Of a stretch of DNA of 46,030 nt, positions 8,559-16,959 are shown one piece after another; the stretch's first letter is position 1; each line of letters opens with the position of its first letter. The notes below the pieces were generated by a model, which was given only the letters and a program-made list of their open reading frames with translations, was not told the origin of the DNA and did not search any database. The position numbers and the translations under genes are program-made. Origin of the DNA: Candidatus Calditenuis sp. (GTDB lineage: Archaea; Thermoproteota; Nitrososphaeria_A; Caldarchaeales; Calditenuaceae); the NCBI GenBank assembly GCA_032249575.1, contig JAVVHL010000001.1, positions 1 through 46,030 on the forward strand, written 5' to 3'.

Positions 8559-9302
8559 ATGTGGAGGGCATCGGCCGGTCGCCTCGAGAGGGAAGATCTG
8601 TACGCGATGCTCTACGAGTGCGTGACTAGATCGCCGGGCTTCGCGGCGCTCAAGCTGAAGGTCCTCGAGGCCGTGAAAAGCAACCCGAGGTTGACGGTCG
8701 TAGATGTGGCAGCATCGTTCAACCTCACGCGAGGACAGGCCCTGATCGCGCTCAGGTCGGTAAGGCTCTGGTTCGACGAGGTCGAAGAGGAGGTGAGGCT
8801 CTCCAGGAGGATAGCTCCGCTTTACAGGAAGGGAGCGATAGGAGGCACCTTCGACAGGTTCCACATGGGGCATCTGGCGTTGCTGAACGCCGCCTTCAGG
8901 TCCGCCGAGAGGGTCTTCATCGGCCTCACGACCGACGGCTTCGTCGCCTCTAGGGGGAAGAAGGGCATCGCGCCCTTCGAGGAGAGGAGGGAGAGGTTGG
9001 AGGGCGTCCTCAGGAAGTGGGGATGGTGGGAGAGGACCGAGATAGGAGCCCTCGACGACGAGCTGGGGCCCCCTGCAGAGGACCCTTCCTTCGACGTCAT
9101 AATCGGTAGCCCCTTCACGCTGGAAAACTGCCTCCGCGTCAACGCCTCTAGGATCGAGAAGGGCTTTCCGCCGATAGCCGTGGAGCTCTCGCCGATCGTC
9201 CTCGCCGAGGACGGTCTCCCCCTCTCCAGCACCAGGGTGAGGTCAGGAGAGGTCGACGAGTTCGGAAGGCTCAAAGGATCCCGAGGACCAGCAGCGCGAT
9301 GA
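8559..9302 (+). CDS. Archaeal-type phosphopantetheine adenylyltransferase (cytidylyltransferase fold) with N-terminal wHTH-like extension
   Basis: GAIGGTFDRFHMGHLALLNAAF (T/HxGH nucleotidyltransferase motif) and IGLTTDGF. The roughly 90 N-terminal residues contain LTVVDVAASFNLTRGQALIALRSV. ORF opens at GTG 8502; first ATG is at 8559. Confidence 0.75.
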   Translation: MWRASAGRLEREDLYAMLYECVTRSPGFAALKLKVLEAVKSNPRLTVVDVAASFNLTRGQALIALRSVRLWFDEVEEEVRLSRRIAPLYRKGAIGGTFDRFHMGHLALLNAAFRSAERVFIGLTTDGFVASRGKKGIAPFEERRERLEGVLRKWGWWERTEIGALDDELGPPAEDPSFDVIIGSPFTLENCLRVNASRIEKGFPPIAVELSPIVLAEDGLPLSSTRVRSGEVDEFGRLKGSRGPAAR

Positions 9303-10173
9303 GCGTTACGACCGCGGCCGATATCGCCCAGAGGTTGCTGGCCTTCGTCAGCCTCTTCATCACCCAGACGGAGTAGACGACCACCCAAATCCACGAGGCC
9401 GCTGAGACCGCAACGGAAAGCGGGTCCCTCGACGGAGGTGGGTAGATGCTGTAGGAGGCCAGAGAGTCGTAAGCAATCATGTCGTACTCGGCGCTGAGGA
9501 GCTCCGCGTCACCGATCGCCGTTACCTCATGACCCCTCCTTATGCCCACATCGAAGAGCTTCACAACGGTCCTGAAGTTCCCCGACCTCAGCGACTCGCC
9601 GAGCGGCACGTTGTCGTTGCTTCTCACCTCTGCCACGACGCGTTCGGCCCTGAGGATCAGAGCCTGTCCCTCGACGGTGACGTTGCCCTGTTGGAGGAGA
9701 GTGAAAGTGACGTTCTCCAGCTTAAGCCCCCTGAGCTCGAAGCCGACCACGTACTCTTCCCTGGCCGGCATCGAGGCGTTGTAGGCGAGCAGCAACGCAG
9801 AGGCGATAGCTATTACGAAGGAACCGTGGAGGACTGCGCTCACCAGCTCTCCCGAGAACCCTCTGGTCGGTCTCGAGACGTAGATCACCGCCGCGAGGAC
9901 GAACATCGTCACCACGAGCCCCATCAGCACGTAACCGAGACCGGCGAAGGTGACGTCCCTCGCAGAGGTGAAGGGGAAGTAGACGCCTCCCAGCACGCCG
10001 TCGAACGGGTTGACCCATTCGGTCCTCACGGTCAGGGAGTAAACGTAGGAGGCCGTGGACGTGAGCGAGGTGATTGCCATGACCAGAAACGCCCGCTTCA
10101 TCTTGACGCCCCTCTCGAGCTCCGTCGAGAGCCTCCTCGGGTCGAGAAGGACCGCCAGCGAGCCCAACCGCAT
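9271..10173 (-). CDS. Integral membrane protein (Yip1-like topology with large extracytoplasmic loop), function unknown
   Basis: Several TM segments flank a soluble insert carrying N-x-S/T sequons (NVTF, NVTV, NAS). ATG at 10173 abuts the nth stop; the ORF is open to 10209. Confidence 0.6.
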   Translation of the reverse strand: MRLGSLAVLLDPRRLSTELERGVKMKRAFLVMAITSLTSTASYVYSLTVRTEWVNPFDGVLGGVYFPFTSARDVTFAGLGYVLMGLVVTMFVLAAVIYVSRPTRGFSGELVSAVLHGSFVIAIASALLLAYNASMPAREEYVVGFELRGLKLENVTFTLLQQGNVTVEGQALILRAERVVAEVRSNDNVPLGESLRSGNFRTVVKLFDVGIRRGHEVTAIGDAELLSAEYDMIAYDSLASYSIYPPPSRDPLSVAVSAASWIWVVVYSVWVMKRLTKASNLWAISAAVVTLIALLVLGIL

Positions 10174-10937
10174 CACGAACCACCCCTTGAGGTACGGTAA
10201 AAATTGCAAAGGTCAGAGAGGACGCAGGCATCACAGAGGGGTCTCCTGCTCCTGCAGACGGACCTCCCATGAGCTATCAGCAGGAGGTGTGCCTCGTACC
10301 GCGAACCCTCTGGAAAGACCTTCTCGAGGGCCGACCTCACCTCCTCGTATCGGGCACCCTCTTCTGCCAGCCCCAGCCTCTCCGAGACGCGCCTCACATG
10401 GGTGTCCACAGGAATCGTGTCGAGCACTCCCGTGCTGGCGAGCAGGACGTCAACCGTCTTCGGCCCTATGCCTTTGAGGTCCATCAGCGTCTCCCTGACC
10501 GCATCAGGGCCTCTCGTGAGGAGGCCCCTAAGCTCAGGGTCGTCCAGCTTCAGCGCCAACGATGCCAGCCTTTTGATGGTCCTCGCCTTTTGATCGGAGA
10601 GCCCCGCAGCCCTGATCGCCCTCGCTATCCTCCTCACGTCCACCCTCGCAAGCTTCTCCGCAACTACACCTATCCTTCTGTCGAGCTCGATGTAGGCCCT
10701 CATCGCCGCCCTGTCCGTTGAGTTCTGCGAGAGGACCGTGGCCACGAGGACCCTGAAGGGCGATCCGGTGGTCACGCTGACGTAGCTCGAGACGAACTCC
10801 TCGACGTTCAGCCTGTGCGCGCCTCTCAGCCTCTTCAGGATCTCAGCCCCGAGCCGTCGTCTCTCAGCTTCGGCCGAGTCCTCAGGGCCCTTGCCTCTCA
10901 CCGAACCAGACAACTGTCCGACACAGATCAACCTCAT
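10173..10937 (-). CDS. nth: Endonuclease III family HhH-GPD DNA glycosylase/AP lyase with 4Fe-4S cluster
   Basis: HhH LKGIGPKTVDVLL, VDTHVRRVSERLGL, and C-terminal CRSRRPLCDACVLSDLC cluster loop. Confidence 0.88.
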   Translation of the reverse strand: MRLICVGQLSGSVRGKGPEDSAEAERRRLGAEILKRLRGAHRLNVEEFVSSYVSVTTGSPFRVLVATVLSQNSTDRAAMRAYIELDRRIGVVAEKLARVDVRRIARAIRAAGLSDQKARTIKRLASLALKLDDPELRGLLTRGPDAVRETLMDLKGIGPKTVDVLLASTGVLDTIPVDTHVRRVSERLGLAEEGARYEEVRSALEKVFPEGSRYEAHLLLIAHGRSVCRSRRPLCDACVLSDLCNFYRTSRGGS

Positions 10938-10978
10938 CCTTTGAAAGGTTATGGCATAGTGGTGAGACGTGGTGACGA

Positions 10979-11401
10979 ATGTCGACCAAGAGGCTCGAGA
11001 GGTCTGAGAGAAACCGCGTGATCGCTGGGCTCTTCGGTGGGCTCGGCGAGTACCTCAACGTCGATCCGAACCTCCTCCGGCTGGCAGGGGTCGTCCTACT
11101 GATCGTAGCGCCGGGCGTTATGGTGTTGCTTTACGCACTGGGTGTCCTCCTGATCCCCAAAAGTGGAGGGAAATCATACCTTTCACCTGAGGTTGACATG
11201 AAGGTAGTCGGGCCGGTGCTAGTCGGTGCACTCCTCGTCCTCATAGGCTTCGCGCTCATCCCGCCCTTCCCCCTTCTATCGGTCTGGAGTTCCGAAGTCC
11301 CGCCGAGCATGATGATCCGGGTTTCCGTGTCAGGCACCGCCGGCGCCGTGCTCGTCGTCATCGGCCTCGTCATCCTGTTCGACCGCCTGCGGAAGCTCTG
11401 A
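10979..11401 (+). CDS. PspC domain-containing membrane protein
   Basis: RSERNRVIAGLFGGLGEYLNVDPNLLRLAGVVLLI is a typical PspC domain, followed by TM segments. Confidence 0.8.
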   Translation: MSTKRLERSERNRVIAGLFGGLGEYLNVDPNLLRLAGVVLLIVAPGVMVLLYALGVLLIPKSGGKSYLSPEVDMKVVGPVLVGALLVLIGFALIPPFPLLSVWSSEVPPSMMIRVSVSGTAGAVLVVIGLVILFDRLRKL

Positions 11402-11412
11402 AGCATGAGCAA

Positions 11413-11874
11413 TCACTCGACGGGAACCCTCCTCTCCTTCGGTATCTGCGGATGGACCTTCCCGTCCTTCGAGACCTTCCCGCTGCCAGCGAAGACGGGA
11501 CCGTACCTGACGACCACGAAGCCGCCGTCCGGCCTGAGGCTCAGCTCCGACAAGTCAAGGGGCTCACCGGAGGCCCAGCGTTCGAGCTGTTCAACGTTGA
11601 GTTCGACGACGTTCCTCCTGAGCTTCTCGCCGAAGAGCTGGGAGCCCTCGACCGAGAGATAGACGCCGAACTTGGTGCGCTTCAGGACATAAAGCCCGAG
11701 GGCCTCTACCCTTCCGATCCGCTGGGCCATCTCGTAGGCCTCCCGCGTCACTGCCCTGACCTTCCCCTCGGAGCCCTCGACGAGGACGAGGTCCTGCGGC
11801 AGCTCCTCCAGGCCGAACGCCCTCTCCAACTCCTCGAGCAGAGCCTTCCTCTCCGACCTGTCGAGGACTCTCAC
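11413..11874 (-). CDS. Nip7-like pre-PUA/PUA domain RNA-binding protein
   Basis: 153-aa ORF with a 4-nt overlap with the upstream NSUN methyltransferase. Its size, and gene order after an NSUN gene, fit archaeal Nip7/UPF0113 proteins. Confidence 0.55.
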   Translation of the reverse strand: MRVLDRSERKALLEELERAFGLEELPQDLVLVEGSEGKVRAVTREAYEMAQRIGRVEALGLYVLKRTKFGVYLSVEGSQLFGEKLRRNVVELNVEQLERWASGEPLDLSELSLRPDGGFVVVRYGPVFAGSGKVSKDGKVHPQIPKERRVPVE

Positions 11875-12818
11875 CCGCCCTCACCCTTCTGAATCAGGGC
11901 CACGAAGAAGCCCTCGGCGCCGTTGTCGTAGGGATAGCACTTGAAGCACTTCGTCACCTCCGTATCGAACTTCATCCCCCTCCACTCCTCGAGGGGCTTC
12001 CTCGACCTCAACCCCTCAAGCTCGAACCTGAGGACCCTTGCGCCCTCCCTCCTCCTCAGCAGCTCGGTCACCACCCACTCGTTCTCGAGAGGATGGACGG
12101 TGCAGGTCGAGTAGACGATGCTGCCGCCTTGCACTGTGGCGTCGTAAGCGGAGAGGAGGAGCGAGAGCTGCAAGGACCTAACCCTCTCAGTTATGCCGGC
12201 GGAGTAGTTCCTCGCCGCTGCCCAGTCCTTCATCACGATTCCGAGGGAGCTGCAGGGCACGTCGCAGAGCGTCCTGTCGAAGGTCTCCCTCATCCTCTTC
12301 CCGAAGTAGCGGCCGTCCTTCAGCGTCACCACGCAGTTCAGCACACCCCACCTCTGCAGGTTCGAGATGAGGGGCTTTATCCTCTCCGAGGACGCGTCGT
12401 TGGCCACGAGGACGCCCTCGTTCTCCATCAGCTGAGCTATCTGAGTGGACTTGCTTCCTGGAGCTGCGCACATGTCCAGAACCTTCTCACCCGGTCTGGG
12501 GTCGAGGGCCTCGACGGGGACCATCGAGATCGGACCTTGGATGTAGATCAGCCCCAGAAGGTGTGGCAACGTCGCGCCGGGATCCTCGCGCTCGCACCTG
12601 ATCGCCCTGTATCCGTGCCTAGCCCAGGGAAGCCTCTCAACCTCCCAACCCCTCTCCTTGAGGAGCCCGATCACCGTCTCCTCCGGAAGCTTCAGCGTGT
12701 TGACCCTGAACGTCTCAGGCAGAGGCCTCATCATCGACTCGAGGTAAAGCTCCTCGTCCATGTCAGGCAGCTCCCTCAGGAGCCTCAACAGGTCCTCCGA
12801 AAGCAGTGGTCTGCTCAC
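11871..12818 (-). CDS. NOL1/NOP2/Sun family RNA cytosine-C5 methyltransferase
   Basis: SAM motif VLDMCAAPGSKSTQIA, motif IV LCDVPCSSLG, motif VI VYSTCTVHPLENE. Confidence 0.88.
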   Translation of the reverse strand: MSRPLLSEDLLRLLRELPDMDEELYLESMMRPLPETFRVNTLKLPEETVIGLLKERGWEVERLPWARHGYRAIRCEREDPGATLPHLLGLIYIQGPISMVPVEALDPRPGEKVLDMCAAPGSKSTQIAQLMENEGVLVANDASSERIKPLISNLQRWGVLNCVVTLKDGRYFGKRMRETFDRTLCDVPCSSLGIVMKDWAAARNYSAGITERVRSLQLSLLLSAYDATVQGGSIVYSTCTVHPLENEWVVTELLRRREGARVLRFELEGLRSRKPLEEWRGMKFDTEVTKCFKCYPYDNGAEGFFVALIQKGEGG

Positions 12819-13474
12819 TTCAGCACCTCACCCGTCGAGGCGTACCAGAGCAGCAGGTCCAAGGCCTCCGGCTTCAACCCCAGCTCCTCAGCGAGCGTTA
12901 TGAACCTCTGCTCGAGCTCGATGTACCTCCTCCGGGTCAACGACCTCGGGACCTCCTTTATCGCGCCGAGGGCCTTCATCCACCTGAGGACGTGCCTGTC
13001 GAGCACCGCCAGACCGCTGTAACCGATGTTCCTCATGAAGTGCGAGGCCTCCTTCAGGCCGAGCCCCCAGACCTCCTCCACCAGGGCGTCCCTCACCGAG
13101 ATGACGTCATCCCCGAGCAGTTCGGTCAGCCTCGCTTGGTCGCCTCTTACCAGCTCCCTGTTCTTCACGATATATCTCGCCTTCTGGTTGTGAAACCGCA
13201 CGCCGTTCCTCCTCAGGACCTCGGCGACCTCTTCCGGCCCGCCGTTGAAGAGGAGCCTCGTGGACTTCAGCTCCTCAACAGCCCTTATCGCGGCCCTCGC
13301 TCTGGACTGAGGCGTCATGACGCAGAACGTGAGTTCCTCGAAGAGCCTCACGACGTCCCTTCGGTCGATCGACCTGAACTCGGCCAGCCTCCGCTCGATG
13401 AGCTCCCTGACCTCCTCGTATGCCCTCATCAGTCCCTTTGGATCCATCCACGAATAGAGAACGACGGCCAGCAT
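12815..13474 (-). CDS. ogg: Archaeal Ogg-type (type 2) 8-oxoguanine DNA glycosylase/AP lyase
   Basis: ELTFCVMTPQSRA, RFHNQKARYIV, GLKEASHFMRNIGYSGLAVLDRHV match the M. jannaschii-type Ogg family. Confidence 0.75.
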   Translation of the reverse strand: MLAVVLYSWMDPKGLMRAYEEVRELIERRLAEFRSIDRRDVVRLFEELTFCVMTPQSRARAAIRAVEELKSTRLLFNGGPEEVAEVLRRNGVRFHNQKARYIVKNRELVRGDQARLTELLGDDVISVRDALVEEVWGLGLKEASHFMRNIGYSGLAVLDRHVLRWMKALGAIKEVPRSLTRRRYIELEQRFITLAEELGLKPEALDLLLWYASTGEVLK

Positions 13475-13493
13475 AAAGTGGTGAAAGCGTGCG

Positions 13494-14933
13494 TCAGCAC
13501 TGCTGGACCAACCTGCCCAGCTTCGTTCTAGTGCGCCCCAACGTCATCAGGTCCGGGTCGATCACCTTGAACACCACCGGCAGTCTCCCGACGACCTTGC
13601 CCCACGCCAGCACCGTTCCCTGTGGGAGGTTAGGAAGGATCGACCTCAAGGTCTCCGAATCTATCTCGAGGTTCCTGGCCAGGTGCTCCATGTCAGAACC
13701 GTTCCTCATGTTGAAGATGAAGACGTTGTCAGCCTGGCGGTAAATCAGCGCCGGTATCGAATCGGGCTGGTTGGTGATCAGGACCGTCGAGATGCCTACG
13801 TGTCTCATCCTAGTGATCACGTCCTCCCAGTAGGTCTCCCTGAGGTAGAGGTGGGCTTCCTCCGCGAATAGGACCACAGGGTCGATCTCGTCGTTGAGGA
13901 GGAGCTCCTTCAGCCTGCTCAGGAGGAACTCGACGAAGACCCTCCGTTGGAGTGCTCCGAGCCTGCTCATGTCGAAGACGACGAGCGCTCCCCTGTCAGG
14001 CGGGAAGAGCGCCTCCAGCGCGTCGCCCTCGTCCTCCCTGCGCTCGTCGGTGAAGATTCCCGTCGACTCGAGGGTCAGCAACCTGTTAGCCAGGGCCTCG
14101 CGGACCGACTCGTTCATGGGGACCGACTGGACTGCCCTGAGAAGGTTAGCGAAGGTCAGGGCGCCCCTCTTCCGAAGGTCCCTGAAGATCCTCAGCAGCT
14201 CCCTCATGCTCGTCTGAGGAAGGCCCAGCGCGTACGTCATCACGTCAGCGAGCACCTCCTCCGAGAGCGTTGACAGGGGGACCTGATAGTTCAGCCCCGG
14301 CATCAGGACCTTCAAAATCTCTGAGACCTCGCTCCGCTCCCCGTTCCTGCGCCTTCCGAGGGAGACGTACTCGCCGTTCACGTCGAGGACCACAACGTTG
14401 CACCCTGCCCTTGCTAAACCGGACGCCAGGACCTTCGCGAGGTGCGACTTCCCCGATTCCTTCCTTCCGACGATCAGGGTGACGCTCCCCTCCACGTTCA
14501 TCACGTCCACCACGACACCCTCGCCCAGCCTAACCGGCACCTTAGGGATCGGAACTACATCCCTCAGCAGTTCGGCCACATCCATTTTCCTGACCCTGGA
14601 CGTGTACCTCGACGGAAGCCAGAGAACGTTGGGGTCGGCGTCGTTGATCCTCCTGACCTTCGCAACGACAACCCTCGAGTCCCTGATGGACCTGACGACC
14701 GATTCGACCTCCACAGGATCGAACCTCTCCACCTCATCGATCGCGTTGCTCGAGAGCTCCCTCAGGATGTCCTCCATAAGACCCGGAACGTCAGCGTACT
14801 CCACGTCTATCACTTGGAGCAATATCCTCCGGCCGTCCTCCTCAACGACCAGGTAATCGCCCAGACGGAGGTCAGCGTCCCAGGAGAGCGCCAGGAGCTC
14901 CACTCTGTCGCCCGACTTCCTGAAGACCTTCAT
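13494..14933 (-). CDS. herA: HerA-family (DUF87) hexameric ATPase/helicase
   Basis: N-terminal HAS-barrel-like GDYLVVEEDGRRILLQVIDVEY, Walker A GRKESGKS, LDVNGEY, Walker B VVLFAEEAHLYL, ITNQPDSIP block. The start ATG overlaps the nurA stop (ATGA at 14930-14933). Confidence 0.8.
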   Translation of the reverse strand: MKVFRKSGDRVELLALSWDADLRLGDYLVVEEDGRRILLQVIDVEYADVPGLMEDILRELSSNAIDEVERFDPVEVESVVRSIRDSRVVVAKVRRINDADPNVLWLPSRYTSRVRKMDVAELLRDVVPIPKVPVRLGEGVVVDVMNVEGSVTLIVGRKESGKSHLAKVLASGLARAGCNVVVLDVNGEYVSLGRRRNGERSEVSEILKVLMPGLNYQVPLSTLSEEVLADVMTYALGLPQTSMRELLRIFRDLRKRGALTFANLLRAVQSVPMNESVREALANRLLTLESTGIFTDERREDEGDALEALFPPDRGALVVFDMSRLGALQRRVFVEFLLSRLKELLLNDEIDPVVLFAEEAHLYLRETYWEDVITRMRHVGISTVLITNQPDSIPALIYRQADNVFIFNMRNGSDMEHLARNLEIDSETLRSILPNLPQGTVLAWGKVVGRLPVVFKVIDPDLMTLGRTRTKLGRLVQQC

Positions 14934-15877
14934 CTCCCATCGAAGGGTAAGAGCACCGCACCCCTCACGTCGGGCTCGTCAACTATCTTCAGCCCCAGCC
15001 TCTTCTCGAGGACCGTCTTCGACGCAACCACCTCTGTCCAGCTGTGCCTGGAGAAGGCGTGGGCCATCGCCAGGGTCTCGGGGTATCCCGAGATCAGCGC
15101 ATCGCTCGCAACCAGGTCGGACAGCAGCTCGATCCACCGGTCGGCCGGCAACACGTCGGCCCTGAACGCCAGACCGTTGGGGGCAAGCCGTGCCACCGTC
15201 ACCGAGATTTCAGCCCCAGAAACAGAGTCCGGTGATAACTTCCTCGCGAGAAGAGCAAGACCGCCGGATCTTCCCAGCACTCGACCGAAGTGAGCAGCGA
15301 GGACGCTGTTCTTCGCTATACCGATTAGCGTTGTCCCCTCAAAGGAAAGGGTAAGCTCGGGCATCCTCGTCAGCGGCATGTCGAACAACAGCAACGCATC
15401 GCCCGCCGTCCTAGCCACCAACTTCTGGACCGTAGCCTCGAAACGCCTGAGCTCGATGAGAGCGACCGACTCAGCCGAGACCGTCTGTTCGTCGAACCCT
15501 GCCAGCTTAGGCATCGGCCCCACGACCCTCACCCTGATGGACTGGCCGTCCCGCTCGACGACCGCCGCCTTCAGCGAGAGGAGCGCCCTGTCCCCTACGA
15601 ACCCGAGCTGGACCACCGAACCGTCGACGGCCACAAGCCTCCTTTTGGTGCCGGGGCCGATAGGTGAGAGCTCCATGCACCCATCCTGTTCAACTTGTCC
15701 TAGCAACACCATCTCGTCCCCCTCCAATTGATCGTTGAAGGAACTGTTCAGCAAGAAACCGCCTTTCTCCGGCGTGCGGAACCTCAGGATCTCTTGGACC
15801 CAGCTTTCCGCTATACTATTAAATATGAGCCAGCCGTTATCAAGCGTGTTGAGGTCGACCAGTTCGGCGCCCATCAC
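14930..15877 (-). CDS. nurA: NurA-domain nuclease
   Basis: VAVDGSVV, IELRRFE, LLLFDMPL, IGIAKNS, GYPETLAMAHAFSR follow the order of the NurA catalytic blocks. GTG at 15877 or ATG at 15874. Confidence 0.7.
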   Translation of the reverse strand: MMGAELVDLNTLDNGWLIFNSIAESWVQEILRFRTPEKGGFLLNSSFNDQLEGDEMVLLGQVEQDGCMELSPIGPGTKRRLVAVDGSVVQLGFVGDRALLSLKAAVVERDGQSIRVRVVGPMPKLAGFDEQTVSAESVALIELRRFEATVQKLVARTAGDALLLFDMPLTRMPELTLSFEGTTLIGIAKNSVLAAHFGRVLGRSGGLALLARKLSPDSVSGAEISVTVARLAPNGLAFRADVLPADRWIELLSDLVASDALISGYPETLAMAHAFSRHSWTEVVASKTVLEKRLGLKIVDEPDVRGAVLLPFDGR

Positions 15878-15909
15878 CGGTGCACCTGCAGATAATGGAA
15901 ACTGGCAGG

Positions 15910-15917
15910 TATTTAAT
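15910..15917. promoter_or_regulatory. Shared AT-rich TATA-like element between divergent nurA and wHTH paralog A
   Basis: tatttaat is the only AT-rich box in the 59-nt divergent spacer. It lies about 24 nt from ATG 15937 (+) and about 36-40 nt from the nurA start (-). Confidence 0.4.
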
Positions 15918-15936
15918 GTTGCGCAGGTTGGTCAAC

Positions 15937-16419
15937 ATGAATCAGGATAATTCACCAAATAGGGTCAAGGTCAGGCTGAACGTCGGCGGCGTCGAGGTCG
16001 AGATAGAGGCACCGGTCGATCAGCTTGAGGAGAGCGTGAGGAGGGTGGTGGCCGCGCTGGCCGAAGGGAAAGCGAGGGAGGAGAGGACCGCCCAGGAGGC
16101 GAGGAGGCAGCTCACCTGCAGGCAGGTCGTCGAGCGCCTGGTATCCGAGGGCTTCTTCAGGGAACCCAAAACCCTTTCTGAGGTTTACCAAGAGGTGAAG
16201 AGGCGAGGCTACAGCTTCGACGCCACCGCGGTGGCCCACGTCCTGCTGGAGCTGGTGCGGGAGGAGGCCCTGGATAGGGAGGGGTCTCCTAGGAGGTATC
16301 AGTACGTAGAGAAGAGACGGGGCTTGATAGGAGAGATGACCGCACAGGGTGCCGAAGGTCTCACCCAGACTGCCGAGGAGAGAACCGCTCAACGAGGTAC
16401 TGGAGTCCAGCCTGGGTGA
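15937..16419 (+). CDS. Small two-domain protein: N-terminal beta-hairpin/helix module plus C-terminal winged-helix (paralog A)
   Basis: ATG at 15937 lies about 24 nt downstream of the centre of a TATA-like box (the ORF is open from 15880). RVKVRLNVGGVEVEIEAPVDQLEESVRRVV, then TLSEVYQEVKRRGYSFDATAVAHVLLELVREEALDREG..YQYV, which is wHTH-like. Confidence 0.55.
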   Translation: MNQDNSPNRVKVRLNVGGVEVEIEAPVDQLEESVRRVVAALAEGKAREERTAQEARRQLTCRQVVERLVSEGFFREPKTLSEVYQEVKRRGYSFDATAVAHVLLELVREEALDREGSPRRYQYVEKRRGLIGEMTAQGAEGLTQTAEERTAQRGTGVQPG

Positions 16420-16861
16420 CCTCGTAATCCCCCCTCTCGAGCCGCCTCACGAGCCCTGCCTTCCTCAGCTCGCTCAGAGCCCCTGTCAGCGTGCCCCTCT
16501 TCAGCCCCAGCCCCTCTGAGAGCTCCCGAAGGTTCGTGAAGCTCGTGTCCCTCTTACCCATCAGGTGCTCCGCCCTCCTCAGCGCCAAGAACAGCAGGAC
16601 CTGATCGGGTGCTGGGAGAGCATGTGCCGTTGGCCTGAGGACAAACCCCAAAGAGTCATCGTATATTATGTGATCCTTTAGAGAATTCAGCATCTCATGG
16701 AGGCTAACGTTTGCAACGAGGCTCTTAGCCAGCGAGTACGCCGGCACTACCCTCTCGACGAACTCGTGGAACGCCCTGATGACCGATGCCACATCGCCCT
16801 CAACGGTCAGCTCCAGATCACCGTGCCTGATGGTGACCCTGAGACTATTCCCCGACGACAA
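16361..16861 (-). CDS. Small two-domain protein: N-terminal beta-hairpin/helix module plus MarR/ArsR-like winged-helix (paralog B)
   Basis: TTG start. LRVTIRHGDLELTVEGDVASVIRAFHEFVERVV, then LRELSEGLGLKRGTLTGALSELRKAGLVRRLERGDYEVTQAG. The 3' end overlaps paralog A by 59 nt. Confidence 0.6.
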   Translation of the reverse strand: MSSGNSLRVTIRHGDLELTVEGDVASVIRAFHEFVERVVPAYSLAKSLVANVSLHEMLNSLKDHIIYDDSLGFVLRPTAHALPAPDQVLLFLALRRAEHLMGKRDTSFTNLRELSEGLGLKRGTLTGALSELRKAGLVRRLERGDYEVTQAGLQYLVERFSPRQSG

Positions 16862-16959
16862 ACCGGCTGTAATGGAGGAGAGGTGTATTTGTGTCTACGC
16901 CGATCCTGAAAGACCGGAGGACACACTTATCACCCACTCCGGGGCGACGCGTTCTCAGG

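Noticed and set aside
12093-13531. Plus-strand ORFs 12093-13022 and 12806-13531, antisense to the NSUN and Ogg genes
   Set aside because: Shadow ORFs. The minus strand carries intact catalytic motifs of both enzymes.
14442-15293. 283-aa plus-strand ORF antisense to the herA/nurA junction
   Set aside because: Shadow ORF. It has no motifs and spans a translationally coupled junction on the other strand.
15880-15936. Extended N-termini offered by the ORF track (e.g. 15880 for wHTH paralog A; likewise 16891, 3659, 35898-36062, 40428, 40359-40400)
   Set aside because: The extensions begin at GTG/TTG codons inside promoter-like AT boxes or overlap divergent genes. Internal ATGs sit at leaderless distance from TATA-like boxes and give N-termini typical for the families.
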